Below are positions 1 to 12,809 of a stretch of DNA of 64,000 nucleotides, in pieces (position 1 is the first letter of the stretch; the number at the start of each line of letters is the position of its first letter). The DNA is from Octopus sinensis (taxonomy: Eukaryota). The stretch lies in assembly GCF_006345805.1 (NCBI RefSeq), contig NC_042998.1:62992001-63056000 (forward strand). Reading direction: 5' to 3'. A program made the translations under genes and the position numbers. The notes under the pieces were generated by a model that worked only from the letters and a program-made list of their open reading frames with translations, did not search any database and had not been told where the DNA came from.

Positions 1-224
1 GTTATGCGTTTTGCATGAAGAACATATAGTTAAAGAATTAAGAGAAGCTTTGATACATAATCGAGTGAACCAAGCACATTTTAAATTAATTGAAATATAA
101 TTAGCTTGACAAGAACCAGCAGGGTTGTGGCGTTTATTATCAAGAGGTAATGTTTAAGGGTAAATGGGCAGGGAGGTCGTCTATTATTTCGACATATTTT
201 TTTGGTTTTGAATATTGATTGATC

Positions 225-347
225 AACCACATGGTTCTTGGTTCAGTCCCACTGCGTGGCACCTTGGGCAAGTGTCTTCTACTATAGCCTCGGGCCGACC
301 AAAGCTTTGTGAGTGGATTTGGTGGACGGAAACTGAAAGAAGCCCAT
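225..347 (+). mobile_element. SINE-A (tRNA-derived), 5' half, truncated by (TA)n
   Basis: aaccacatggtt...gttcagtcccactgcgtggcaccttgggcaagtgtcttctactatagcc...gaaactgaaagaagccc matches the full copies at 5262, 11669 and 57225. Confidence 0.85.
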
Positions 348-371
348 CATATATATGTATATGTATATATG

Positions 372-436
<65 letters not shown>

Positions 437-444
437 TATATATA

Positions 445-490
445 GGGAAGCTTTATGAAAATAAACAAAAGACGAAGGCAGGTGGAAAAC
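445..490 (-). mobile_element. Extreme 3' terminus of the Penelope-like family, embedded in (TA)n
   Basis: gggaagctttatgaaaataaacaaaagacgaaggcaggtgg matches the ends at 14445, 17608 and 62376. Confidence 0.7.
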
Positions 491-518
491 ATATATATAT
501 ATATATATTATATATATA

Positions 519-553
<35 letters not shown>

Positions 554-1375
554 ATCTTACTTAAGGGGGTGCGTGCGTTTAGTCATATAATATATTAATA
601 AATGAAATAAAACATATGCATATATATAAACATATATGTACGTACCTACCTCTACATGTACATATACACGCATATATGAGTACAGGACACCAAAGGGACG
701 TCGAACACAAAGAGAAACGAAAACATAGACACAAACCAAAGGAACTGGACATTTTTTTAAAACAACAAAAAATGGAGTACAGGACAATTAACACAAAGAA
801 AAAAACCCTATGGTTTCATCTACTCTACGTTTCGAAGGATAAAAGCGAAACGTATCTTCGACAAGAAACTTTCCTTCCTGCGAAAAGCAAATCAATTAAA
901 ATTCTGAGATCTTTTCGCAGAGGGGTAAAAAATGGTAAAAAAATGGTAAAAAAACAGGACAGTAACGACAGTACAAAAATATAAACAGTAAAAGACAGGA
1001 CAGGGAAAAACAAGATAAGAAGGGCTGTTAACGCCGAACGAAAAAAGTATTGCAAACGCAGAATTTTTTGTGAACGACAGGGGAGCAGGAAGAATGTCGT
1101 CCAGTTACCTTGAAAGGCCAGAAAGACAGTCAGAGCGGAAGTATCGTCGCGGGTGGACGACGGGAAGGGGGGAGGAGGAGCAAGAGGAAGGGAGAGAAGA
1201 AGGGGAATGGCTGCGAGGAAACCATGAAGAATGGTGAGGAGGAGAGAGAGAGTGAAGAATGAGAGAGAGAGAGAGGAAGAGACAAGTTAAGTAGAGGAAA
1301 AAGAAAATCAAAGAATAGGGAAGGGACAGAAAGGTGAAGAGTGCGCGTCAGAGTTAATATCAAGACCAAAACTTG

Positions 1376-1419
<44 letters not shown>

Positions 1420-1432
<13 letters not shown>

Positions 1433-1585
1433 TATGCCTGTATTTGTGCCCGCAACATCGCTTGACAACCAGTGAGACCGATAGAATAAGTACTAGGCTT
1501 ACAAAGAATAAGTCCTGGGGTCGATTTGCTCACTAAAGACGGTGCTCCAGCATGGCCACAGTCAAAGGACTGAAGCAAGTAAAAT
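1420..1585 (+). mobile_element. SINE-A, 3' half
   Basis: gcttgacaacc...gaccgatagaataagtactaggcttacaaagaataagtcctggggtcgatttgct...gactgaagcaagtaaaa. Confidence 0.8.
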
Positions 1586-1696
1586 AGTATGTTCCACAAC
1601 CATAGCGCAAGGTGAATTGTTTCATTCAAGTCCATGCATAACAAGATCAGTTTTCATTATGTCAGTTATATTATGTATATAATTCCTCTTGTGAGT

Positions 1697-1960
1697 GTGC
1701 ATGGCCTAGCGTTTCTGGTGTTGCATTCAAGATCGCAAGGTCGTGGTTTCAATTCTTGGACCGGGGGATACTTTGTGTTTTGAGCAAGACACCTCCTCTC
1801 ACGTTGCTCTGCAATCACTTCGACATCTGATGAGTGTTCCACCATACAGGTTACGGCAACCTGATAGAAGGAATGAGGTAATGTACAGAACAAACATTGG
1901 ATTTCTATAAACAAGTCATTTGTGCCGGTTGTTCCTCAGAATTACCGAACCGCCCTTCTC
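1697..1960 (+). mobile_element. SINE-C (tRNA-derived), diverged
   Basis: Pol III A/B-box-like head (tggcctagcg...ggtttcaattc) followed by gtgttttgagcaagacac...cacgttgctc, shared with 7265 and 29335. Confidence 0.6.
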
Positions 1961-2598
1961 GGACTACAAGAAACTACCATTATCATAATTCATCTCATTC
2001 GTCCAATTTCTAGATCAGACCTTGGGGAACTTTCTTACGCGTCTACAGTGGCTCCAAATGACTTCTTATGAGTCCACATTACTAAATAATATTGAATAAC
2101 CGGTTAAAACTATTATTTTAATAAGATATAATTATTTATAAAATCTTTAAAAAAATGTTTAAAAGATGGGCAATTTCAAAATATAATAGGGCCCACTACA
2201 GTCATGCTTGACTTCGGGTTCTGGAACTGGAAAATTTCTCTCTTAGTCGCAAGTAGATTAAAGGTGTTTTATGGAAGAATGACATGTCCACGCATTCAAT
2301 GCTGCGTTCTACATGTCTCCGACATTTTTGAAAAAGAAGGTAAGATCGATACAAGACGGTACTTGTATCTCTGCACGCGTCACCGTAAGAACGCAAAGAC
2401 CTGTATGATAAATAACAGTCTTGTAATCCGTCACTCGGCCCAACGGATTGAGATTTTTGTGGATCACCACAAAAGTGAAGGCCGAAAGCGAGATTTGAGC
2501 TCGCAGCGCAGAGTGTTCGCCTTTTCTCTGATGCTCCAACGTGTCTCCAAATTTGTTGTCAGTTCGGAGTAAATGCGCGCGAACACACACACACACAC

Positions 2599-2648
<50 letters not shown>

Positions 2649-3355
2649 ACACCACACACACACACACACATGCAAGCATGCACACTGATTTTTTATTTAA
2701 CTTTACGAGATTTCTGTGCAGTTTCTATTTTGAAAACCCAATTGTAATTAATTTAAACAAATAATTACAAATGCTAATGAAGAAATATAAATAGGTTTTT
2801 CTGAAATTCGCAATTAGTTGAAAAGATAGGCTTTCAAATTAAATTAAAACCATAAAATACGTTTCACTGCAAATGCATGTTCGTCCTCAAACACTATGCT
2901 CGTTGATGAAGATTCCAGCTACTCTGACTATAATCTAGATTTTTCTTCTCTTCTACATATATTTTACCCAGACCTCTGAAAACATCTTATTAGATGTTTA
3001 AATAGGTTTCATGTGATGGAAAATTGAAATTTCTCCATCAACAATTATATAGGTTTTGTTAAGAGAAAATACCAATTGATAGCAAAATAATCCTGCGTGA
3101 TTGTACGATCAAATTTAGATGCCTTCTCAAATTATTAGGCGCTTACTTCCTGCTTTGCAGTGTTCACCTCCTCGTGCTTGGTATAATAACTTGCAATTAC
3201 AGTTCTATATTTAAGAGATGAGGAATTATGTCCATTATTTGCATTATTTACATTTGACACATATTTGTCCTCATCTTGTTTGTTGTTAACACAACGTTTC
3301 AGCTGATATGCCCTCCAGCCTTTCTGAGGTGTCTTGCGGAAATTTCGAACCTGGG

Positions 3356-3424
3356 CATATGGCTTGGTTGTTAAGAGCGCGGGCTACTAACCCCAAGATT
3401 CCGAGTTCGATTCCAGGCAGTGAC
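3356..3424 (+). other. tRNA-Arg-like Pol III head (SINE head, not a functional tRNA)
   Basis: A-box-like tggttgttaag, anticodon-like loop gggctactaaccc, T-arm/B-box aagattccgagttcgattccaggc resembling tRNA-Arg 3' half; 5' acceptor strand not intact. Confidence 0.6.
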
Positions 3425-3442
3425 ATAAATAACAACAACAAC

Positions 3443-3495
<53 letters not shown>

Positions 3496-3568
3496 GAAGA
3501 AGAAGAACAACAACAACAACATCGAACAATACCTTAGGAATGAGAACCCAGCTTCGAAATTTTCGCAA

Positions 3569-3614
3569 GACACCTGAGGAAGGCTGGAGGGTATATCAGC
3601 CGAAACGTTGTGTT
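3569..3614 (+). ncRNA. Minimal type I hammerhead ribozyme motif
   Basis: Stem I GACAC/GUGUU; core CUGAGGA; one extra A; stem II GGCUG/CAGCC; GAAA; palindromic helix III ACGU; cleavage triplet GUU. Confidence 0.7.
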
Positions 3615-4461
3615 AATAACAAACAAGATGAGGACAAATATCCGTCAAATGTATATAATGTAAATAATGAACTTGTAATTATTATCATCCTTTATACTCT
3701 TCAACCACAATTCTGTCCTACTGATTACTCAACAAAACGCCTGCGGTTTTAGTTTTGATATTGAGTAATATAACTTGTTCTGTCCTATTTTATACAACAC
3801 TATTTTATACCAAGAAAATAATTATAACCTGTTCCTCGTAATATTCTTTAAATTCATTTACTTATCTCTGGGAACTTATGCTAAATTGAGTAGATTAAAA
3901 TGTGAGCATTTTACATTTGTGTCTTTACTCAGGTCACTACAGTACGTAGAAGCGAATGGCCTCGACTGAGATAGGAGGTCACATGGCGCTTCTTTCGCGT
4001 ACGGAGTCTACCACGTGTTTATCACTTGCCATGATCGATAATTTTATTGAGAATTGACGTAATCGCGTTTTGCCGTTTATCTTTTGAAGTAGATCAATAA
4101 CTCCTTATTTAAATAGATCAATATATTCAAATGAATAAATCGAAGTATGTTACTGATATTTATTTCATCGTATGCAGAGAGATGAAACGAGGATTATTCC
4201 GTCTCCTTTCAATGTAAAGATCATACCGGAGCTTTGACATTCGAAGTTTGTGGAACGTATCAGAAATGTGGCTTATAGGAAATAATTATAACAGAAATAC
4301 AACCCATGGACGCAGACTCCAGATCCCTGCAGCTTATCATGTAATTTACTGTTATTGGCGTTTAGTTTAAGATCAGCTCTAAATAAGCTCTGCGGTTAAA
4401 TGGATTCCGAACGGGAACATGCTGTACGTATCATATAAACCACAAATATATATATATATAT

Positions 4462-5017
4462 TTGAATAAAAAGGGTAAAAGTATCGCTGGCCAAAGATAA
4501 AAGCGAAAGCTTCAAACCACCAATCCTACGATAAATACATATACGAACAATGCAATGAACACCTTAAAAAAGGCCTGCCTTCAGAATGGAATTTGAAGAT
4601 AGTTTACATACTCCAATATCAATTGATTTCACGCTGTGCATTAGAAAACATGCTTTGCACTCTTCAGTTGGAGATAGTAACATCTATTTCCAAAATATTC
4701 ACTACGTTAACACGTGTGCGTTTCGAACTTTAAACGCTCCACTCCGTTTAAAGAGAAACCATCGTAAACAACAAAAAAGTAACGATATAAAAGCATTATT
4801 GCTGTTAAAAACAGCAATTATGAGGCGGTTAGCATAACTTCTACTTTAATAAGTATAATATTAAATATTTTAATAAAAGAAGGGTAAAAATACTGCTTGT
4901 CAAAAATGAAAGCGAAAGCTTCAAAAACCACCAATCTTACGATAAGTATACACACGAGCAATGTAATGAACACCTTAAAAAATAGGCCTACCTTCAGGAT
5001 GGAATTTGAAGATAGTT
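4462..5017 (+). repeat. Diverged ~145-bp direct repeat pair (4462-4604, 4872-5017)
   Basis: Both copies contain aaaagcgaaagcttcaaa(a)ccaccaatc...atgaacaccttaaaaaa...ggcct.ccttcag.atggaatttgaagatagttt. Confidence 0.8.
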
Positions 5018-5261
5018 TTGAGCTATCAACACTGTCGAATTCCAGAATAATGCCGAAATTCTTCAGGTGTAGAAAATCCTGGTTTCATGTCAGTAAAACC
5101 GTTGTGTGGGTGCAGCGAAGTGTAAAATATCATCCAAATAATAAGGCAAAGAGATTCTTTAATAAATATTTAATGATCAGTTAAATATTTATTAAATGTC
5201 TGGAAGACGAACAATGTAAGAACGCAACTTTGATGGAAGTCTCACGAACTGCCACTCTAAT

Positions 5262-5679
5262 GAGTGGCTGTGTGGTAAGTAGCTTGTTTACCAACCACAT
5301 TGTTCCGGGTTCAATCCCACTGCGTGGCACCTTGGGCAAGTGTTTTCTACTATAGCTTCGGGCCGAACAAAGCCTTGTGAGTGGATTTGGTAGACGGAAA
5401 CTGAAAGAAGCCCGTCGTATATATGTATATATATATATATATATATGCGTGTGTGTGTGTTTGTGTGTCTGTGTTTGTCTCCCTAGCATTGCTTGACAAC
5501 CAATGCTGGTGTGTTTATGTCCCCGTTACTTAGCGGTTCGGCAAAAGTGACCGATAGAATAAGTACTGGGCTTACAAAAGAATAAGTCCCGGGGTCGAGT
5601 TGCTCGATTAAAGGCGGTGCTCCAGCATGGACGCAGTCAAATGACTGAAACAAGTAAAAGAGTAAAAGAGAGTAAAGAG
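5262..5679 (+). mobile_element. SINE-A, full length with internal (TA)n(TG)n and (gtaaaaga)n tail
   Basis: Head gagtggctgtgtggtaag...gggttcaatccc (A/B boxes), body, central microsatellite, tail gtaaaagagtaaaagag. Confidence 0.9.
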
Positions 5680-6246
5680 TTACAATTGATTCTGCACCAA
5701 ATGTGCTTGCAACGCCAATTTACATAAAAGTTCGAACTGGCAGAAAAGTTAGCACGCTGGCCGAAATGCTTAGTGGTATGTATGTATGTATGTATATATA
5801 TATACATGAATTCCTTTTATGGAGTTCTGAAACCCCTTTACCCCATTTCTACAATTAGAAAATCTTTATTGCTTCCTTCAACTTACTTTTCCCTCTCACA
5901 ACCTTACAGCAGTCTGGAAGAACCAAATCTTAGTCAGTCAGTGGAGGCACTCCACTACCTCATATGTTCTTAAAAGTTAAATCCACATCTTTGTCTGTAT
6001 ATCTACCTTCTCTATAATGTTGCCACTTGATTTGAAAATTTTTGTATTAATGGAAAACCTCTATAATTGGCTGATGAGTACTCAGCGTCTTAAATCTGTG
6101 GTAATACTTACAACATTTAATAAAATGATGTAGTACGAAACGATCTTACCAAATTACCGGAGTAATTGTTGTTGCTTATTTTGATATATATATATATATA
6201 CAGAGAGAGAGAGAGCAAGGGGAGATAGATAGGTAGATAGATAGAT

Positions 6247-6298
<52 letters not shown>

Positions 6299-7001
6299 AT
6301 GTACACACATATTACATTGTTACGTTTAGTAGATTAGTTGTAAAATTCTATTGAAATAAGTAATTTCTAAAGTAGAAATTAACCTTGTTGCCATCTCACC
6401 TAACGTAATAAGTAATACGCACATGTTTTGATATAAAGCAGAAAAGCAGAAAATTCATTGGTATCTTTTATGAGGTATTTAAATGATTAATGGTTCTGAA
6501 GTAGATTTGCATCATGTTGAATGGAGGTGATAGTCTTTTAAAGATAAAACAAAAACTAACAACAAAGCAATTAAATTTTTGATCTGTGAAAAACGAATGC
6601 GGCAAACACGTGATGTGATTGTTCCAGTGATCCAGTTAAGCTGCAAATGAAAAGAGCGTATACACGACACATTTAAGAGGAGAATATAAATCGTGATAAT
6701 AGGTTAACAAGGGTTAATAGTTCCATTCTTTCAAAGACGTTGGTCAGGAAAGAAGCGTTGAATTGATTTCTCTATCTGCAGTTTATTGTAGATGATCAAT
6801 TTTTAAAAGATCTAGGCCGCGGCGGGGATGGTTAATTAGTTTTCTTTGAATTAGAGATCACTTTTACAAGTCTGATGACATACAAAAGTTCAGTTTGTAT
6901 ATGTGCGTATATATATATTGATCTATTTAAATAGGGTGCCATTGATCTACTTGTATGTATGCATGCATACATACAACAACCCACACACCCACACACGTTC
7001 G

Positions 7002-7074
<73 letters not shown>

Positions 7075-7081
7075 TATTGAA

Positions 7082-7126
<45 letters not shown>

Positions 7127-7234
7127 GGATAATATATATAATTATATATATATGCTATATGGATAATACCGTACAAAATTCTGGTGCATCTGACTTAAGT
7201 ACCATATTCATTTGAATCTAAATTTTGCTGAACT

Positions 7235-7264
<30 letters not shown>

Positions 7265-7266
<2 letters not shown>

Positions 7267-7570
7267 AGCCTCACGGTTCATTGGCTAGAGCGTCAAGCTT
7301 ACGATCGTGAGGTTGTGAGTTCGAATCCCGAACCGGACTGCGTGTTGTGTTCTTGAGCATGATACATTATTTCACGTTGCTCCAGTTTACTCAGCTGTAG
7401 AAATGTATCTGCCTTTCCCTTGGTTAACACTGGTGGCATGGAAAGGGGAGGCCGGTATGCATGGGCAACTGCTGGTCTTTCATAAAACAACATTGCCCGG
7501 ACTTGTGCCTGGGAGGGTAACTTTCTAGCTGCAATACCACGGTCAGTCATGACCGAAGGGTGTCTCAGCT
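7265..7570 (+). mobile_element. SINE-C flanked by (TA)n
   Basis: ggctagagcg...gagttcgaatccc B-box; ttcttgagcatgatac...ttcacgttgctccagt. Confidence 0.7.
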
Positions 7571-7572
7571 CA

Positions 7573-7626
<54 letters not shown>

Positions 7627-8064
7627 GACATCACCAACGAGCAAAAAATCCATAAACATACGAGATACAAGTACGGGGCAAATACTACAAGAAGTCTAAC
7701 TCCTCCTCAGTTGTCGACTGTTTAATTACTACCTGTTTCGTGCTTATCTATATCTATGTGTGTGTTTGTCCGTGAATGTGTTTGTGTACATGTACCGATT
7801 TATGCATATTTGAGGGTATAAGAACTTCAAAGAAATAGTTAGTCCTTAGTTCGACAACATATACTTTTTCGCGCAAACGCTTATGGATGAAACATACACA
7901 TATACGTATGCGTATATATTCACATATACATACACCACAAGGCTCCAAGTAGAGTTGGTCACTTATCTTCTTTTGTTTCCATTGAAATATCATATCACTG
8001 TCAAATCTCTCCATTCTTCATACACCATTCCTCCTTATTAAATCACAGTTCTTTTCTTCTTCTT

Positions 8065-8097
<33 letters not shown>

Positions 8098-8779
8098 CTT
8101 CTACTTCTATTCCTCCTCTTCCCTCCCCCTTCCATTCTCTCCCTCTGTTCTTCTCGTCTTTGTTTTCTTTTTATCTTTATTCGTTTTATAAAAAGATTAT
8201 TTTGTTTCAGTTTTCTTTTTCTTCTTTGTTTCATTTTACCTTTTCTTTGCTTTTTACCTATTTTCTTCTGTTGTTACTCATCTTTTAGACTTTATATCAT
8301 TTCCTCTCCACAGTGCAGCCTACAACTGGAATCCATTTACGATATATTTACGACGCTATAATAAAGCTTCACTGTGTATATACTGGCCAAAAAGCGAGTG
8401 AGGGCAGCGAATTTTGTGTTACCTCTAGGAAGAATATTATATAAATGGACAATCCAGAATCGGATAATCCAGTACCTAGGTTTCGGTCTCTTCAAATACG
8501 TTTGTCATTGTAAATTTGATTAGTCTTCATCAGCTGGATTTACCTGGACAATATTTCAGATAATGAAGAAGTAAATAGTATAGTTATCTACTTTATGCAG
8601 CACAACAATTTTGCAATTCTAATGGAGCTTCAGAAATATAAAATTTAGAAAGAGAGAAACAAATTTCAAAGGTCGGTATACATATTCATTCAAATTGTCG
8701 AAATTCTCCATAATATACATAGATGTGTTCACATATATGAGACATGATAAAAATTCATAAGAATTTATTAAAATATATA

Positions 8780-9079
8780 CAGTTGCGGCCAAAATGTTCA
8801 GAACGGCATTGTTTTCGTCAGAAAAGTAGGTATAATTTTTTTATCAAAGTTGTTTTATATTCTATAATTTTCACAGACAATAAATACAATATTAATTGTT
8901 ATTGTCTGAGATTTTGGTGTAATCGCTAAATCATCCATAACTTTCGTATTATCCTCTCAAATTACGAATAATATCGTATTTATTGTCTGTGAAAATTATA
9001 GAATATAAAACAACTTTGATAAAAAATATCTATTTTTCTGACGAAAACAATACCGTTCTGAACATTTCGGCCGCAACTG
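8780..9079. mobile_element. Tc1/mariner-type MITE, 300 bp, ~110-bp TIRs, TA target duplication
   Basis: ta|cagttgcggccaaaatgttcagaacgg ... ccgttctgaacatttcggccgcaactg|ta; partial second copy 61785-61994. Confidence 0.85.
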
Positions 9080-9939
9080 TATGTGCGAATATATATATGT
9101 ACTATCATACGCACCCGTCCTTTACACGGGTTAAGTTGCTTTGGTGGTATTTTTTCACCAAATAAGCGAACTACAGAGAAGGTGTATGAGCTGCACTGCA
9201 ATCTATAATTCTGATTAACCTGGGAACAAGAAACCAAACTGTGGAGGTCGTTGCTCTTTAATGATCATAGATCATATAAGTTTGCAAGCGATGCAAAGTA
9301 GAGCTTCTGAAGTATATAGGGAGTAGATTACGGATAATGACTACAAATTATAGTTGTTTTACATGAAAGCGAACTTTCTAGTCAGAAAATAGCCACATAA
9401 ATGGTGTAAAAGAATTGAAGGAAGATGCTGAAACTTCCCTTCTGCGAATTTATTTTCGTCAACAGCAAAGGGAGCTATTTTTTTGGAGAGAAGTATGATT
9501 AGTACATTAAAAAATGGCAATATAATTTCTGATTGAAAAATTAGAGTTAAAGGAATGTATTTGCTACATGCTTACAGTGTATGGCAACTCTGAAATTGAC
9601 TTCAAGTAAAGAAAAATTAAGACATGAAGAGTTTAACTTCAATTCACAAACACTGCTTTGAACCTTTAGCAGTTCGCAGTGAAAAGATGACAGACGACGC
9701 GTCCGAAACATCATAGTTGATGGGTAAATAAACATCATTAAAGTGAAACAGCACATTCGTAGTTAAGCAAATGTATCAGCGTATATAAAAGAGAGAAGGG
9801 AACATTACATTTCAAGTACCCCAGAATAGGTAACTCAGAATATATATATATATATATATTGTCACATCGAATTATCTAACCTAACAAAATAACAAGAGGT
9901 CGTTCACATGGAACGTAATCGCTTGATGCTCGGTAAAAA

Positions 9940-10035
9940 GAGTGTTTTAAAATTTTGTGTCAAGCTCTTCATCAGAAAAGAAAACGGGAAAGTCCAGAGA
10001 GGAAAAAAAAAACATCACCAGCTGCACGAGTGTGG
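9940..10035 (-). mobile_element. Degenerate Penelope-like terminus with intact CUGAUGA half
   Basis: Minus strand ttttctgatgaagagc..., homologous to 19885-20105; GAAA half decayed. Confidence 0.55.
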
Positions 10036-10067
10036 ATACATGTATGATATGTGTATGTAATTTATGT

Positions 10068-10113
<46 letters not shown>

Positions 10114-10939
10114 CGTGCGTGCGTGTGTGTGTGTGTGTGTGAAATCCGTTCTTCCCTTCTGTTCTGAATACATCGTGCACCTACTGCTGAAAACTGAGAT
10201 TAGCAACAGACTAACTCGACATAATTAAAAACATTATAAATCATTACTATGTTAAGAAGTCTTCTTTGTTTCGACAGCAAACACTAAACACACAAACATA
10301 CACGCGCGCACACACAAAAACACACACACAAACACACACGCACGTACACAGGGCGTGCACACACACACACACACACACATACATACAAATGCACACGTAA
10401 ACACACACGCGCATGCACACATATGTATGGCAAAAAGTGTGGAGAAAACAAAACTGGTTGGTGTGATTGTGCTATGGTCCGATGTGCATCATGGCACGGT
10501 GAGAACTAACTTAACTGACTCGCTAACGTAGTTTCAAGATTTCCAATGCGATAAGTATAGGCTGGGATACTTCTGTTTGAGTCAATCTACATTCTTATTT
10601 AACAAGAGAATTGTGTTAATGAATGTAACTTTCTATTCGTCGATAATTACTTCAGTATTCTATGAATTATTAAGGAGCTGCGCATTTGTATTCCTGAAAG
10701 TGTAGTTAACTTCTTGTAATTTGAATAATTATCTTATAATATTGTTGCAGCTGTAACTGAGATTGAGGTTGCTTCTATTGAATTTATGAGGGCATGTCTA
10801 TTTAGGAAGATTGTAGCAACATTAAATCTAACAGTTAAGAAATGTATGAATCTGATAATTTTATGGCATAAATTGTTATCATTGGGTGACATAGTTTATT
10901 GGTATATATCTTGTCTTATTAGTAACTAGCTCCTACATT

Positions 10940-11090
10940 ATTTACATTTGACGGATAATTGTCTTCATCTTGCTTGTTGTTAACACAACGTTTCGGCTGA
11001 TATACCTCTCAGACTTCATTAGGTGTCTTGGGGGACAGGTATTTTTCGATGTTGTTATTGTTGTTATTATTATCATTACTACTACTACTA
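10940..11090 (-). mobile_element. Second copy of the 3546-3670 arm with mutated hammerhead core (CUAAUGA)
   Basis: Minus strand aacaacatcgaaaaatacct...gacacctaatgaagtctgagaggtatatcagccgaaacgttgtgttaacaac. Confidence 0.75.
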
Positions 11091-11668
11091 CTACTACCTT
11101 CAGGGTCGATAATATGTGCCATGTGGGCTTCGGATTCGATGCAATCGATTTAAATACTCCTGCGTGTGAGTATAACAACTGCACCCCTCTGCCAAGCCAT
11201 ATGGAAGCAGTGTGGCAAAGTAGGCTCATCAAATGATGATGATTTCAAGCGCAAGATTATAGCCTCCACATCAGACTGGTTGGTGGTGATAACATGCTGA
11301 GGCCTTCGTCCTCCAGTGGATCGAACATGGGCAATCCAACCCCATCCAATGTAAATTCCTTATAGTAACTTTTGGACTATTTTTTTCTATAAGTGACGTT
11401 ACTGTTGCGTTTTGTGTGTATATATACTCGTGTCTCTGTATTTGTATGAAAGGTTGCATTTATGCTTCAATGTAAATATGTATAATGAATAACTAACAGA
11501 CGACGGATAATTGTCGGCTCATTACAGCTTCGTAATGTGCGTGTGCGTAATACACGTGTAAATGTATATGTATGTACGTACGTGCATATATTCATGTGTG
11601 GACAGATGCATGGACAGAGACGGAGCTATGGAACCAGGCATGTGTGCATGCGTTTATATAAATATATA

Positions 11669-11906
11669 CTTACTCTTTACTCTACTCTTTTACTCTTTTA
11701 CTTGTTTCAGTCAGTTGACTGCGGCCTTGCCGGAGCACCGCCTTTAGTCGAGCAACTCGTCCCCGGGACTTATTCTTTGTAAGCCCAGTACTTATTCTAT
11801 CGGTCTCTTTTGCCGAACCTCTAAGTGACGGGGACATAAACACACCAGCATCGGTTGTCAAGCAATGCTAGGGGGACAAACACAGACACACAAACATACA
11901 CGCACA

Positions 11907-11940
<34 letters not shown>

Positions 11941-12093
11941 ATATATATACATATATATACGATGGGCTTCTTTCAGTTTCCGTCTACCAAATCCACTCAC
12001 AAGGCTTTGGTTCGGCCCGAGGCTATAGTAGAAGACACTGAACCCGGAACCATGTGGTTGGTAAGCAAGCTACTTACCACACAGCCACTCCTG
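11669..12093 (-). mobile_element. SINE-A, near full length, with internal deletion
   Basis: Reverse complement of the 5262 copy; lacks ttgcccaaggtgccacgcagtgggac. Confidence 0.9.
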
Positions 12094-12145
12094 CACTTTA
12101 TATAAGTTTTTATAAATATATATATATATTTATATATATACATAT

Positions 12146-12282
12146 ATACGATGGGCTTCTTTCAGTTTCCGTCTACCAAATCCACTCACAAGGCTTTGGT
12201 CGGCCCGAGGCTATAGTAGAAGACACTGAACCCGGAACCATGTGGTTGGTAAGCAAGCTACTTACCACACAGCCACTCCTGC
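12146..12282 (-). mobile_element. Tandem duplicate of the SINE-A 5' half (189-bp period)
   Basis: gatgggcttc at 11961 and 12150; same deletion and same flank. Confidence 0.9.
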
Positions 12283-12809
12283 ACTTTATATAAGTTTTTA
12301 TAAATATATATATATATATATATTTAATTATATATAACCATTCAAATATACTTATGTATATTCATATATACATAAATATATATGAATGGTTGAATCATAC
12401 ATTTAGGAATGAGTGTATGTATCAGTACTTGGCCTTCTTTTCGAATTACGATAGAACGCAAATCAACAAATAACCGTATGATATTATATAAAACTTGTAC
12501 ATAAATCGTGGTGGATATTAAATATTAGATTAACAGAATAAACGAATAGCTATTCAGCCTCAGCTTGGCCATATTTTCTCTCACTCTTCAATAATCAAGT
12601 TTTGCTGCTGGCTATTTGACTCTTATCTTGAAATGCAGTGAAAATAATAGTATTATGTATCTTGATCGCTGCATCGGAAGGGATTTCACTCTTGATTGGT
12701 CTACTAATTTGACTTCTAATTCATTCAGGTCACTGGGTCAATATCGGTTCGAGATTGCGTCCTGAAACAGGGAAGAAGAGAATTTGGCTGCGTAGAAATA
12801 ATACCATAA

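Larger units (their letters stand above)
3198..3690. mobile_element. Composite element: inverted hammerhead-bearing arms (3198-3354 minus, 3546-3670 plus) around a tRNA-like head and an (AAC/AAT/AAG)n tract
   Basis: Arms are reverse complements; further copies of the arm at 10940-11090 (-) and 27760-27870 (+). Confidence 0.75.

Noticed and set aside
800-880. Hammerhead-like gaag...cttcgaaacgtag on the minus strand in a TA-abutting element
   Set aside because: No CUGANGA and no convincing stem I; at most a decayed terminus
3356-3424. Possible tRNA gene
   Set aside because: Acceptor stem and D-arm incomplete; context is a SINE-like head
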